A DNA stretch of 64,000 bases from an uncultured Methanomassiliicoccales archaeon. GTDB lineage: Archaea > Thermoplasmatota > Thermoplasmata > Methanomassiliicoccales > UBA472. The number at the start of each line of letters is the position of its first letter. Positions within the stretch are counted from its first letter, which is position 1. Below are positions 41,192-51,991 of the stretch, one piece after another. The translations under genes were made by a program, and so were the position numbers. The notes under the pieces are model-generated. The model ran no database searches, was not told the origin of the DNA, and saw nothing but the letters and a program-made list of their open reading frames with translations. The stretch covers positions 2,497,993 to 2,561,992 of the forward strand of contig OY968769.1 of assembly GCA_963695345.1 (NCBI GenBank), given 5' to 3'.

Positions 41192-41419
41192 TCAGATCTT
41201 CCGTACCATCCCGGCAAGCTCTGAAGCTTTTTCCTTTCCGATCAGAAGCCCGGCGGATATCTCGATCCATTTCGTGAGCTCGGCAGCGTTGGACCGGTCA
41301 ACACTGCCGAAATCGAGACCATTGATATGGCTCTTCGTCTGCCTCTCCAGGAACGCCTTGGCGGACGGGCCAAGATACTTCTGGGTCACCTTCAGGACCT
41401 CGTCCGAATAGGCGGTCAC
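41192..41419 (-). CDS. Small helical hypothetical protein coupled to the HAMP protein
   Basis: GTGA start/stop overlap with the upstream gene, GAGGTG RBS, YLGPSAKAFL motif. Confidence 0.78.
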   Translation of the reverse strand: MTAYSDEVLKVTQKYLGPSAKAFLERQTKSHINGLDFGSVDRSNAAELTKWIEISAGLLIGKEKASELAGMVRKI

Positions 41420-42273
41420 TTGCTCACCTCTTGATCATCTGCCTCGATCGAGGCCTTGCCTTTGTTCTCTTCCTCTTCCCTGACCATGATCTCGAACTTC
41501 AGTGAGGCGATCATGCGACCGAAGGATTCGGCCAATTCTCCCACCTCATCCTTCCTATGAACGCTGACCTCGGTGTTCATGTCTCCCATGCTGATGGTCT
41601 CTGCGGCCTTGTTGAGCTTCTTGAGGTCCCTGATGATGGTGACCGAAATGAAGAGCACCAGGATGCTCGCGACGATGGTAAGGCCGATCGTGAGCAGAAG
41701 ATTATTGGTCCGGAGGTCGTCAATCTGTTGCATCCTTCCTACCGCGGTCATATCCACACCGAGAATCGCCACCGTTTGATTGTTGGAATCCTTGACCGGT
41801 GCGTATCCGCTCATGAACGTCCCAAATTCATCGGTATAGAACGAATCGGAAGCGCTGGACCTGCTCATGGCGATCTCAAGGTTCTTCTCATCCGGGTCTT
41901 CATAAAGCTGGCCGATCGATGCCGGTCCGTCTTCAGTGTCATCGACGATGAAATAGTAGTCTCCATCCACGATCTTCATGGTGTAGACATTGACGACAAA
42001 ATCAGAATTCGCCCTCATGGATCTCATCTGATGGATCAGGTCCAGGTAGGTGCTGGTGTTCTCATCGCCCGGCGTAAGCGACATCATTTTTGAAACGTTG
42101 ATCTGGGTCGCCATGGTCGACGCTTCCTCCCTGAGCATATCCTTGGTTGCATCGGTGACCGCTTTTTGGGATCCTTGGAACACAATGACGAAGGAAATCG
42201 AGGAAATGATCGTTATCAGTATTACAAAGCTCACGACCAATTTCGTGCTTAGACTTCTGTACCATTTTGTCAT
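41416..42273 (-). CDS. Membrane sensor (TM, Cache-like, TM, HAMP) without an output domain
   Basis: Two TMs, YTDEFGTFMSGYAPV...ILGVD Cache-like loop, HAMP DEVGELAESFGRM, ending ~25 aa later. Confidence 0.87.
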   Translation of the reverse strand: MTKWYRSLSTKLVVSFVILITIISSISFVIVFQGSQKAVTDATKDMLREEASTMATQINVSKMMSLTPGDENTSTYLDLIHQMRSMRANSDFVVNVYTMKIVDGDYYFIVDDTEDGPASIGQLYEDPDEKNLEIAMSRSSASDSFYTDEFGTFMSGYAPVKDSNNQTVAILGVDMTAVGRMQQIDDLRTNNLLLTIGLTIVASILVLFISVTIIRDLKKLNKAAETISMGDMNTEVSVHRKDEVGELAESFGRMIASLKFEIMVREEEENKGKASIEADDQEVSK

Positions 42274-42673
42274 GCAAATCATAGGAACCGAAAATATCAT
42301 TAATTAAAATGTTTGTATAAATTATCGGTTCTGTAATTTTGGCAGGTCATCAATTCGGACATGGCAAGATCTTCCAAGATTCGTGTCGGTTCTAACCACC
42401 ATTTTGTTGTCCATTTTCCTTGCTGGGATTTCAATAGTCCTGAAGAAAGAAATGAACTCTAGCCCCCTCACCGTTCGGGCTTGTCTGAAACTGCGGAAAG
42501 GGGCGGAAATCACTGAAATTGCTCCCTTCTGATAGGCGGTCGTCCCAGCCCGACGACGATAGCTCAATCCGACATGAGCTTCGAGGAATATGGAAGCTTC
42601 ATGGCTGCTTACCAAAATAGAGAAAATGAACGATAGTATCATTATCCGCTACCGAGCTACTTTTATCTTGGTT

Positions 42674-43021
42674 ATGGGGAGTCCAAAATACGTTAGATTG
42701 GGAAGTCTGAATGAGCCCAAGGCAGTCTCGCTCATCCTATTCCTCAGCAATAATCCTGACTCGACAATAGTGGACCTGAAGGGGATCTCCTTTGCCGATA
42801 CCAGGACCAGCAGGATCCTTGACAATATGACCGAGGACGGGCTTCTGAGCGTTTCCTATCAGGGCAAGACAAGAACGAAGGCCACCTACCGGCTGACCGC
42901 GACAGGATACAGGGTCGCGGCGAAGCTCAACGAGATCGGTGGGATCATTCATGAAAAGCATGGAGAGGATGGCATGGAAGGGCGGTCCATTGGCCATGAC
43001 ATGGGACACGCCACCCCCTGA
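42674..43021 (+). CDS. Winged-helix (HxlR/MarR-like) protein
   Basis: LILFL...RILDNMTEDGLL...YRLTATG. Confidence 0.7.
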   Translation: MGSPKYVRLGSLNEPKAVSLILFLSNNPDSTIVDLKGISFADTRTSRILDNMTEDGLLSVSYQGKTRTKATYRLTATGYRVAAKLNEIGGIIHEKHGEDGMEGRSIGHDMGHATP

Positions 43022-43298
43022 TTTTCACCTATCGTCCGGTCAGACCGATATCACCCACTCTTCTGGTGCCCAACTGGGTTTGCCTACGTGCAATCCCACT
43101 TCTAGATTGGTCCATTCGGCACCATTTTCCCAGGAATAGACGATTCAGTTTTACTGTGGCTTCATGGGATGTTGCCTCGATCCGTGGCGTAATTTCCGAT
43201 TGCGATAATTTGGGCCACAGGTATAGTATATCATTTTTCGTAAGTATCTTGCTCGTTCCCTTCCGATCGGGCCGATAGTTAAGCTGTGGAGGAATTTT

Positions 43299-45941
43299 AT
43301 GTCAAGAAAGATCACGATGGGTTTGACCGGAGTAATGCTCATAATCATGTTACTGTCCGTTTCGGCGATCATATTCCAGACAAACACGACCAGTGCGGGC
43401 GTCACGATTAGCCCAGATACCGAGGACCCGACCATCTCGATCATCTCCCCTGCGACCGGCTCATACAACAACACCGGCAGCGTGTTGATATCGTGGACGT
43501 CCAACGACGCGATGTCTGGAGTGGCCTATCATGAGCTTACTCTAGACTCCGGCCCCATAATCACCCTGCCATCCGACGTCCAGAGCCTCGAACTGAACGG
43601 TCAGGCGGATGGGAGCCACACGGTCATGGTAGCAGCCTATGACGGCGCCAGTAACCACGAGGAAGCTACGGTGACGTTCACCGTCGACACGGTCGATCCG
43701 ATCATCTCGATCGTGTCCCCCGTGAACCATTCGTACAACAACACCGGCAGCGTTTTGGTAGCGTGGACTTCTACCGACGCCCTTTCTGGAATAGCATACC
43801 ACGAACTGAGGCTCGACAGTGGCCCGACGCTTACCCTTCCATCGGACGTCCAGAGCCTCCAGCTGAACAGCCTGGCTGATGGTAGCCATACGGTCTCGGT
43901 GACCGCCTACGACAACGCAGGCAACCACAACGAGACGACTGTGACCTTCACCGTTGACAGGATCGACCCGACCATCTCGATCATCTCCCCTGCGACCGGC
44001 TCATACAACAACACCGGCAGCGTGCTGGTGGCCTGGTCATCTCACGACACACTTTCTGGAATAGCATACCACGAACTAAGGGTGGACTCCGGACCGACGC
44101 TTACCCTGCCGTCGGACGTGCAGAGCCTCCAGCTGAACAGCCTGGCCGAGGGAGGCCACAAGGTTTACTTGGCCGCATATGACAATGCCGGCAACCACAA
44201 TCAGACCAATGCTTCGTTCATCGTCGACTCCGCCGGTCCGGTGATCACCGCCACCCCGGCATCGCCGATATACTCGAACAGCATGTTCGGGGCCGAGGTG
44301 CACATCTCGGTTACCGACTCCATCCCGCTCAAGTCCGCTAACGTGAGCCTGTACTCGAACGGCGTGTACATGGAAGGCGGGCCGATCTTCGGCATGGCAG
44401 GCGAGACCTCATTCGGGTACTGGGCGCTGGTGTCAACGGAGCCAGGCGTTAACAGCTATCGCTTCACCGCGACCGACAGCGCCGGCAACTCGAACTCGAT
44501 CGTCGTGACGGTATTCCGCGACGTGGCGCCGCCGACGGTGAGGATCCTGTCCCCGGTCAACCATGCGTACAACAACACCGGCTCGATGACCCTCAAGTGG
44601 AGCATCCAGGCGAGCGTCGACATCGACCGCTACGAAGTATTCGTCAACGGCGGCAAGGTGGCCACGCTAGGCGCCGGAAACACATCGTACGTGCTGTCGC
44701 TCCCGGAAGGGAATGACGAGATCGTGCTGTACGTCTACGACGTCGCGGCCAACTCCGTTCATACCTCGGTCAATGTCATCACCGACCTGACCGGGCCGCT
44801 CGTGGCGATCACCGCCCCGGTCGGCGGCGAGCACATAGGGGCATCCTCGGTGACCGTGTCCTGGCAGGGGGCGAACCCGCTCTCCGGCATCAACCACTAT
44901 AAGGTCGCCGTCGATGGACTGGAAGGGATCGAGGTTTCCGCAAATACGCTGACCTACGCCTTCACCGGTCTGGCCGACGGCAGTCACACGGTCTCGGTGA
45001 CCGCCTACGACAACGCCGGCAACCTCATGGAGTCGTCGGTAACGTTCACGGTGGACCGGGCCGCGCCGACCGTCTCGATCATATCGCCGAGGGATGGCTC
45101 GTTCAACGGTACCGGTTCGGTGCATGTCTCCTGGTCCGCTGACGACGTCCTGTCCGGCATCGCCAAGATCGAGATCAGCGTAGATGGGACGACCTATACC
45201 AACGTGACCGGGACGACCAGCAGGACGGTGACGCTCGCTGACGGCGCGTACTCCGTGCAGATCAGGGCGACCGACGGTGCCGGAAACGTGAACTCCTCGT
45301 CGGTCGAGATATCGGTCGACAAGGACGTGCCAACGGTCACAATATCTCCGTCCGGCAGCGACGTCCGTGTGAACGCCGCCGTTGTCGCATCATTCTCCGA
45401 GGGGATGAACCATTCATCGACCACGATCGTCGTCGCCGGTGTAGTCGGAACGATCATCTGGAGCGGCAACAACGCGACGTTCACTCCTTCCGCGGCACTG
45501 TCCTACAACACCGCGTACACCATCACCGTCACCGGCCATGACCTTGCAGGCAAGGCGGTCACCATGACTGGCGTGTTCACCACCATGAGGGATGAGGGCA
45601 CGATCGCCGGCGTGATCACGGACGCCGATGGAAAGGCGATCGCTGGCGCGAGCGTCATGCTCAGCAACGGCATGAAGACGAGGAGCGACGTACATGGAGC
45701 GTTCTCTTTCGTCAACGTGACCTCGGGCGACTACGAGATAACGGTGAGCAGGAACGGCTATGAGACGTTCACCAGGAGCGTTTCCGCGATCGCCGGTGAG
45801 ACGACCTCGCTCGGCTCGGCAGGCGTATTGGCCGCCGCCCCCGATACGGGCAGCGGAACTATCGTCGGCCTGGTGGTCGCTGGGTTCGTGGGCCTGATGC
45901 TCCTCATCGCGGTCGTCATGCGCGAGAAGAAAGCCAAGTGA
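43299..45941 (+). CDS. Cell-surface protein: signal peptide, tandem Ig-like (Big) repeats, carboxypeptidase-regulatory-like domain, C-terminal TM anchor
   Basis: Repeated D..PTISIISP...SGIAY...DGSHTV.V.AYD.AGN units, C-terminal hydrophobic helix plus REKKAK. Confidence 0.92.
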   Translation: MSRKITMGLTGVMLIIMLLSVSAIIFQTNTTSAGVTISPDTEDPTISIISPATGSYNNTGSVLISWTSNDAMSGVAYHELTLDSGPIITLPSDVQSLELNGQADGSHTVMVAAYDGASNHEEATVTFTVDTVDPIISIVSPVNHSYNNTGSVLVAWTSTDALSGIAYHELRLDSGPTLTLPSDVQSLQLNSLADGSHTVSVTAYDNAGNHNETTVTFTVDRIDPTISIISPATGSYNNTGSVLVAWSSHDTLSGIAYHELRVDSGPTLTLPSDVQSLQLNSLAEGGHKVYLAAYDNAGNHNQTNASFIVDSAGPVITATPASPIYSNSMFGAEVHISVTDSIPLKSANVSLYSNGVYMEGGPIFGMAGETSFGYWALVSTEPGVNSYRFTATDSAGNSNSIVVTVFRDVAPPTVRILSPVNHAYNNTGSMTLKWSIQASVDIDRYEVFVNGGKVATLGAGNTSYVLSLPEGNDEIVLYVYDVAANSVHTSVNVITDLTGPLVAITAPVGGEHIGASSVTVSWQGANPLSGINHYKVAVDGLEGIEVSANTLTYAFTGLADGSHTVSVTAYDNAGNLMESSVTFTVDRAAPTVSIISPRDGSFNGTGSVHVSWSADDVLSGIAKIEISVDGTTYTNVTGTTSRTVTLADGAYSVQIRATDGAGNVNSSSVEISVDKDVPTVTISPSGSDVRVNAAVVASFSEGMNHSSTTIVVAGVVGTIIWSGNNATFTPSAALSYNTAYTITVTGHDLAGKAVTMTGVFTTMRDEGTIAGVITDADGKAIAGASVMLSNGMKTRSDVHGAFSFVNVTSGDYEITVSRNGYETFTRSVSAIAGETTSLGSAGVLAAAPDTGSGTIVGLVVAGFVGLMLLIAVVMREKKAK
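43425..44230 (+). repeat. Three tandem ~270-bp intragenic repeats
   Basis: 60 nt identical between 43425-43484 and 43965-44024, with a third diverged copy at ~43695. Confidence 0.9.
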
Positions 45942-46125
45942 GAACCGGAGATGGTCACAACGAGGCCGGAGGGCCTCACCTTCCCAATTTTTCCTTGATG
46001 ATTTTGATCGGGTGTCCATATGGTCATTCTAAGAATTCCTAGGAAGAGTAGCACTGGACGGGAATGTGGAAAAGGTCAAAGAGACATTCAGAACGTTTAT
46101 GGAATGAAAAGCCCGAGATCGTCGT

Positions 46126-48403
46126 TCACTGCCTGTCCCACCATTTGGACCCGGTCGCGGGCTTGCGAAGGTCAGACCTGATCCTTTCTTTCCTCTTCGC
46201 CTCTTCCATCTGCGTCTCGGCCATCCGGGCGATGTCATCGGCCAGCGGCGCGCATCCCATGTCCTTCAGGTAATGCCCATGCAGGTTCCTTATTGCCAGT
46301 CTCGCCTCTCCGTTCTCCAGTACGGCGTTCCTGAGCTTCTTCTCCGATTCCTCGTTCTGCGACTGGGCGAAGTCCGTCAGCGCGTCCATCAGTCTCCTGG
46401 TCGGCTCGATCTGCATCTCGGTGAGGAAGCGTGAAGGTCCGGCCCCATCGTAATTCTTGACCTTGCCCTGCATGATCGGCCGGGAAGAGATGATCACGCC
46501 TTTCCTGGCCCGGGTGATCGCCACGTAGAACAGCCGCCGTTCGTTGTCCATCATCTCCGAGGTCTTGATCTGCTTGACCTTCCCCGAGGTGTCGTACGCC
46601 AACTGGAACACGTCCGATTCGCTCGCGTAGGTGGGCATGAAGCCCTCATCGCAGTTGGGAACGAGGACGTAATCGAACTCCAGCCCCTTCGTCCGGTGAA
46701 TCGTCGTCATTACGATCTGGTCCTTCTTCTCCGCGCCGCAGGTGGTGTCCACACCTTCTCCGGCCTGGAGGAACGCTTCGACTTCCATCGGCGCCGCCAT
46801 CAGGCCGTCCCGGTAGTTGTTCACGAACTCCTTCCGGTCGAGCGACGGCCGGCCCTTGCCGTAGAAGTCGTCGAACTGTTCCAGGTACCCGGTCCGCTTG
46901 ATCAGCCAGTCAACGACTTCATGCACCTTCGCCTTCGAGTCGATCCGGTCCTTCGCCTTCTCCAGGCAGAGCAGCAGGTCCTTCAGGGAATCCTGGTTTC
47001 GGGCGCCTCAGTCGACGGGAAGTGACCAATCTGCGCAGCATGTCGTGGAACGTCCCTTCGGCATCGGGACCGCAGAGGTCGGCGATGGCCAGGTCCAGGT
47101 CGGCCCTGCGGATGAAACGTTTCGGGTAGTTGACGATGTTAGTGAACGTCGTGACTGGCGCCTGGTTAAGCGGTGCGTCGAGCTTCGACGCCACCTCTAG
47201 ATACTGGCGCAGCGCCTTGATCTCCATGCGTTCCAACAGAGACGTTCCTCCTTCTATGCGGTGCGGTATTCCCCGCCGCAGCATCTCCTGCTCCAGGCCG
47301 CCCAGCTGCATGTAGCTGCGCGCCAGCACGATGACCTTCTCCGCGTCCTGCGTTTCGCGTACGCAATTCGTCATCGCGTCGGCCATATCCTTGGCGGCAT
47401 TGGTCTCCTGGCCGGGCTTGATCTCTATGAGCCGCAGATAGGATGCCTGTCCGGGTCGGAAAGAGATCAGGCTCTTCTGCTTCCTCGAATGGTTGTGGGT
47501 GATGCAGTTCTCGGCGTACTGGGCGATCATCGGCCCGAAGCGGAACGAGTGTGACAGGGTATAGGTCATCAGCAGCTTGTCCCTGAAGATGGCCTCGAAC
47601 TCGCCCAGGATGTAGGCCGGCCGGGCGCCTCTCCACTCGTAGATGGTCTGGTCGTCGTCGCCCACCACCATCACGTCCGCCCTGCCGTCGGCCAGCAGCT
47701 CGACCAGCTTCTGCTGCGCGTAGTTGATGTCCTGGTACTCGTCGACGATGATGTGCCCGAAACGTCCTTTCCACTGCCTGCTCAGCGGCGTGTCCTGCTT
47801 CAGCAGGTCGACGGCGGTCAGGATCATGTCGTCGAAGGTCATGCCCTTCCTGTCGATGCGCCACCCCTCCATCAGGCCGTAGACCAGATGGTAGCACTCC
47901 TTCCCTTTCCAGCCGGCGTTCTCCGGTTTGATGAGCGACCCTTTCCAGAAATCAATGGCGGTTAACGCCGTTTCCCGGTCCATGGTCACATCGGAGGTGA
48001 TCTTGCCTTCGTTCCTCAGCTGGTTGAACGCGGCGTAGACCTGGTTGCGGTACAGCTCGCCCTTGTCCTCGGTCCAGAGCTCATAGTCGCTCTCGATGGC
48101 GCCGATGTTCTTGGCGTTCTGCACGATCCTCAGGGCGATGGAGTGGAAGGTGTTGACCGACGGCTGCATCCCCGGCGGCAGCCCGCTGTTCTTCAGCTTG
48201 TAGGAGAAATCGTCAGAGGCCATGCGGTTGAACATGAGGACCTGGATGTGCCCGGGGTTGACGTTCTCGGTTAGAACGAGATGTTTCACCCGTTCCACCA
48301 TGGTGGTGGTCTTGCCCGAACCGGCGACGGCCAGGACCTTGGCGTGGAGGCCGATCGGATGGTTGATGACCTTCAGCTGTTCCTCGGTGTGGTTCCGCTC
48401 CAT
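46126..48403 (-). CDS. UvrD/PcrA-family SF1 helicase, split by a frameshift near 47000-47025
   Basis: VLAVAGSGKTT, IIVDEYQD, VVGDDDQTIYEWRGA, TTIHRTKGLEF, ERRLFYVAITRA. The alternate frame NQDSLKDLLLCLEKAKD...VHEVVDW bridges the two ORFs. Confidence 0.9.
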
Positions 48404-48559
48404 GCTCCCCGACCTATGCCCGGGAAAAACGGTGCTGGTTGACATAGGTTTCCCTGGGGTGGCTGAAATTATTGATATGTATCTGAATGATGAACAACGC
48501 CCTGAGTGGAGCTTATTCATTACTCTTTGATTCTCATTGTTTCGTAATTGCCAGATAAG

Positions 48560-48579
48560 TATCTATCGGATATCTACCG
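48560..48579 (+). repeat. Left copy of an imperfect inverted repeat (TATCTAnCG units)
   Basis: TATCTATCGGATATCTACCG matches the reverse complement of 49948-49967 at 18/20. Confidence 0.75.
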
Positions 48580-48614
48580 ATATTATCTAATAATCTAACG
48601 ACAATTATTACATC

Positions 48615-49946
48615 GTGAATTACGTCGAGTCCCAGACGTTGGAACTGAAGCGGGAGGTGGATGATGCCCACGGATTCCAGAAGACGGCCTGCGCATTCGC
48701 CAACACTCATGGCGGCAAGATCCTCATCGGGATCGACAACGAAGGTCGGACGGTCGGGCTACCAGATAGGAATCTGGACGCCTTACAGCAGAGGCTTGTC
48801 CAGGCACTGAGACAGCTAACTCCAGTGCCTTTCTACGGAGTCGAAATATTGGACATAGATGAAAAGAAGGTCCTCCAGGTCGAGATCGAACCGATGATGT
48901 ATGGGTCGATGTGCTCATTGCAGGGTATAATATACTATCGTCATGGAAGCGTGACCGAAAGGGCAGAAGGCGCAATGCTCCAGGAGCTTCTGGTCAAGAG
49001 GAGGATAATTGATTTTGAACTGACCCTCAGCCAGGCTAGGTTCGAGGAGGTTGATGTCGAGGCCCTGAAGGAGTACATAGGCACACGGTCGCCGACGCTC
49101 CATTTCGATGCCGGTCGGATCGAGAGCTACCTTGTTAGTATGGGCGTGCTGAACCAGATGAACGGAGGACGCCTGAACAATGCTGGCGTGATGTTCTTCT
49201 ATTCCACTCCTTCAGAGATAATTTCTCAATTCGAGATCAAATTGGTCCGGTTCAAAGGGACCACTCCGGTTCAGATTTTGGATGCGGCTTTTATCTCCAA
49301 GCCTATGCTGCGCCTGTTGGCAGAGGCCGAGAAGTTCATGATCCGGAACACCCGGAACGCCTACCGCATTGAGGGACTGGACCGGGTTGAAGTTCCAGAA
49401 TATCCCACGAGGGTGATTAGAGAGGCGCTGGTGAACGCGGTAGCCCACCGCAACTACTTCGATGCCAACGCAATCCAGGTGAACATATTCGATGACCGCA
49501 TCGAATTCCTCAGCCCAGGCGCACTTCCGGAAGGACTGACCTTGGAGAATTTGGGTGCCTATTCCATTCAAAGGAATCCGCTGATCTACAAGATGTTGCG
49601 CGATGTCCGAAAGGTAGAGGGCCTAGCAACCGGGATTCCCCGCATAAGGGAGGCACTCCGGGAAGGCGGATACCCTGAACCCTCCTTCGAAATCCTTGGC
49701 GACAGGTTCTTTAAGGTCACTGTATGGAACCTTGAGTTCGCCGGCTATGAATGGCTCAGTCAGAGGCAGAGGGCGGGGATGGATCTCATCAAGAAGAACG
49801 GATCAATGACGATGGTGGAATATGCGGAGATGAACTCCCTGCCTAACTCTACAGCGACCGAGGATATCCGGGAGATGATCGAGAAAGGGTTGCTCGAGCG
49901 GATAGGAAAGACGCGTGGAAGCAGATACGTGTTGAAGAAGAGATAA
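48615..49946 (+). CDS. AlbA_2 (Schlafen-like) + HATPase_c_4 + wHTH protein
   Basis: ESQTLELK, CAFANTHGGKILIGIDN, REALVNAVAHRNY, SPG...RNP, C-terminal HTH (DIREMIEKGLLERIG). Confidence 0.9.
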   Translation: MNYVESQTLELKREVDDAHGFQKTACAFANTHGGKILIGIDNEGRTVGLPDRNLDALQQRLVQALRQLTPVPFYGVEILDIDEKKVLQVEIEPMMYGSMCSLQGIIYYRHGSVTERAEGAMLQELLVKRRIIDFELTLSQARFEEVDVEALKEYIGTRSPTLHFDAGRIESYLVSMGVLNQMNGGRLNNAGVMFFYSTPSEIISQFEIKLVRFKGTTPVQILDAAFISKPMLRLLAEAEKFMIRNTRNAYRIEGLDRVEVPEYPTRVIREALVNAVAHRNYFDANAIQVNIFDDRIEFLSPGALPEGLTLENLGAYSIQRNPLIYKMLRDVRKVEGLATGIPRIREALREGGYPEPSFEILGDRFFKVTVWNLEFAGYEWLSQRQRAGMDLIKKNGSMTMVEYAEMNSLPNSTATEDIREMIEKGLLERIGKTRGSRYVLKKR

Positions 49947-49947
49947 C

Positions 49948-49995
49948 CGTTAGATATCCGTTAGATAAGCAGGCCAGTATCTAACAATATCTAAC
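49948..49995. repeat. Right-hand cluster of four GTTAGATA/TATCTAAC units
   Basis: CGTTAGATATCCGTTAGATA-agcaggccag-TATCTAACAATATCTAAC, immediately after the stop codon. Confidence 0.8.
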
Positions 49996-50177
49996 AGGTA
50001 TTATTCCAAGGATCAAGAAAAACACATCAGCTTCTCAGTTCGAAAGGAATAGACTCCAGTGACGGCTCCATTACTGGATCGACCGGATCCTATACTGACC
50101 ATCGGTCCGACCGACCACGGAACCGATTGGCTCGATTCCATATCTAATTCATGAGAGTCAGGTGAATGGGACCGCCT

Positions 50178-51991
50178 TCAATCGCAGTCCTCGAACTGGC
50201 TGTTGTACAGGTCCGTGGTAGAATCCTCCCTGCTTCAGCAGTTCCTCGTGGCTTCCGCTCTCGACGATGTTCCCGTCCCTCATGACCAGGATGGTGTCCG
50301 CGTCCTTGATGGTGGAGAGACGGTGGGCGATGATGAACGAGGTGCGTCCAACGGTGAGGTCGTTCATCGCCTTCTGGATGATCTTCTCCGTTCTGGTGTC
50401 GACGGAACTGGTGGCCTCGTCCAGTATCAGCAGGGGGGCGTTCTGCACCACCGCCCGGGCGATGGTCAGCTGCTGCCTCTGTCCGATGGATATCTTGGAC
50501 TCGTCGTCGAGCTTGGTGTCGTAACCGTCCGGCAGGGTGGCGATGAAGTGATGGATGCCCACCGCTTTGCACGCCTCCTCGACCTGTCTCGTCGGTGACG
50601 CCATCCTTGCAGTAGGCGATGTTCTCCCTGATGGTGCCTTCAAAGAGCCAGGTGTCCTGGAGCACCATGCAGAACATGTCGTGCACGTTCTCCCTGGTGA
50701 GCTGTTTCGTCGATATGCCGTCTATCAGGATATCGCCTGAATTGACCTCGTAGAAGCGCATCAGGAGATTGACTATGGTCGTCTTGCCGGCCCCGGTCGG
50801 ACCGACTATCGCCACCTTCTCGCCCGCCTTCACTTTGACGGAGAAATCGTGGATGACCTCCTTCTCCGGAGCATATCCGAAGAACACGTTCCGGAACTCC
50901 ACGTCGCCTTTCACGTCCTTGTGGACGAGTCGTCTTCCCGTCCTCGTTCTCCATCTCCGGTCTCGTCGAGGAATTCGAACACCCGCTCCGAAGCGGCGGC
51001 CACCGACTGCAGGCTCGACATGGCCTGCCCCAGCTGTGTCAGGGGCTGGGTGAAGAGGCGCACGTACACCATGAACGCGACGATCACGCCGATCGAGATC
51101 GAACCGTTCACGAACTGCACCGCGCCGACGATGCAGATGACCACGTATCCGAAATTGCCGATGAATCCCATGATGGGCATCATCAGGCCGGACAGGAACA
51201 GCGATTTGAACGCGCTGTCGAAGAGACCGTCGTTGATGGACTCGAACTCCTTCTGTGCCGCCTCCTCGCCGTTGTACGCCTTGACGATGTTGTGTCCGGT
51301 GTACATCTCCTCGACGAAGCCGTTCACCTTGCCCAGGGAGGCCTGCTGGCGTCCGAAGTACTTCTGCGACCTGGACATTATCACGATCATGAGGACGAAG
51401 CCCGCCAGCGTGGAAAGGACGGCGGCGACGGTCATGGTGACGTCGGTGATGAGCATCATGACCGACGCACCGATGAGCAGCGCCACGGCGCTCATCAGCG
51501 TACCGATGCTCTGGTTCATCGATTGGCCGATGGTGTCCACATCGTTCGTCGCCCGGCTGAGGACGTCACCGTAACTGGTCCGGTCGAAATACCTGAGCGG
51601 CAGGCGGTTGATCTTCTCCGAGATATCGGTGCGGAGGCGCTTCGACAGCTTCTGGACCACGGTGGCGATCATGTAGCCCTGTCCGTAGGTCAGTCACCGC
51701 CGAAAGGAGGTATATCGCCAGCAGGAACATGCCGATCCCGGCGATCGCGGTGAGGTCGGTCGATCCGGTCCTTATCCCGTCGAAGATGAGGTTGGTCATC
51801 TCGCTGAGCTTGTTCGGCCCGATGACGGTGAATATCGTGCCGATGATCACCAGGATCGACGCCGCGACGATCGCCGGAACGTACGGCCTCATGTAGGCGA
51901 GCATCCTGCGCCAGGCATCCCTGAAGCTCTTGGCCTTCCGTCCCGGAGGCCGCATTCCCCCAGGGACCTCTCTGAGGACCGCGGGGCTCAT
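50178..51991 (-). CDS. ABC multidrug-type exporter (TMD + NBD), second half of a heterodimer, multiply frameshifted
   Basis: [45 protein letters not shown] spread over several frames. ATGA overlap with the upstream gene. Confidence 0.88.

Noticed and set aside
48551-49995. Repeats as a CRISPR array or IS ends
   Set aside because: The units are 8-11 bp without spacers, and there is no cas or transposase gene and no evident target-site duplication.
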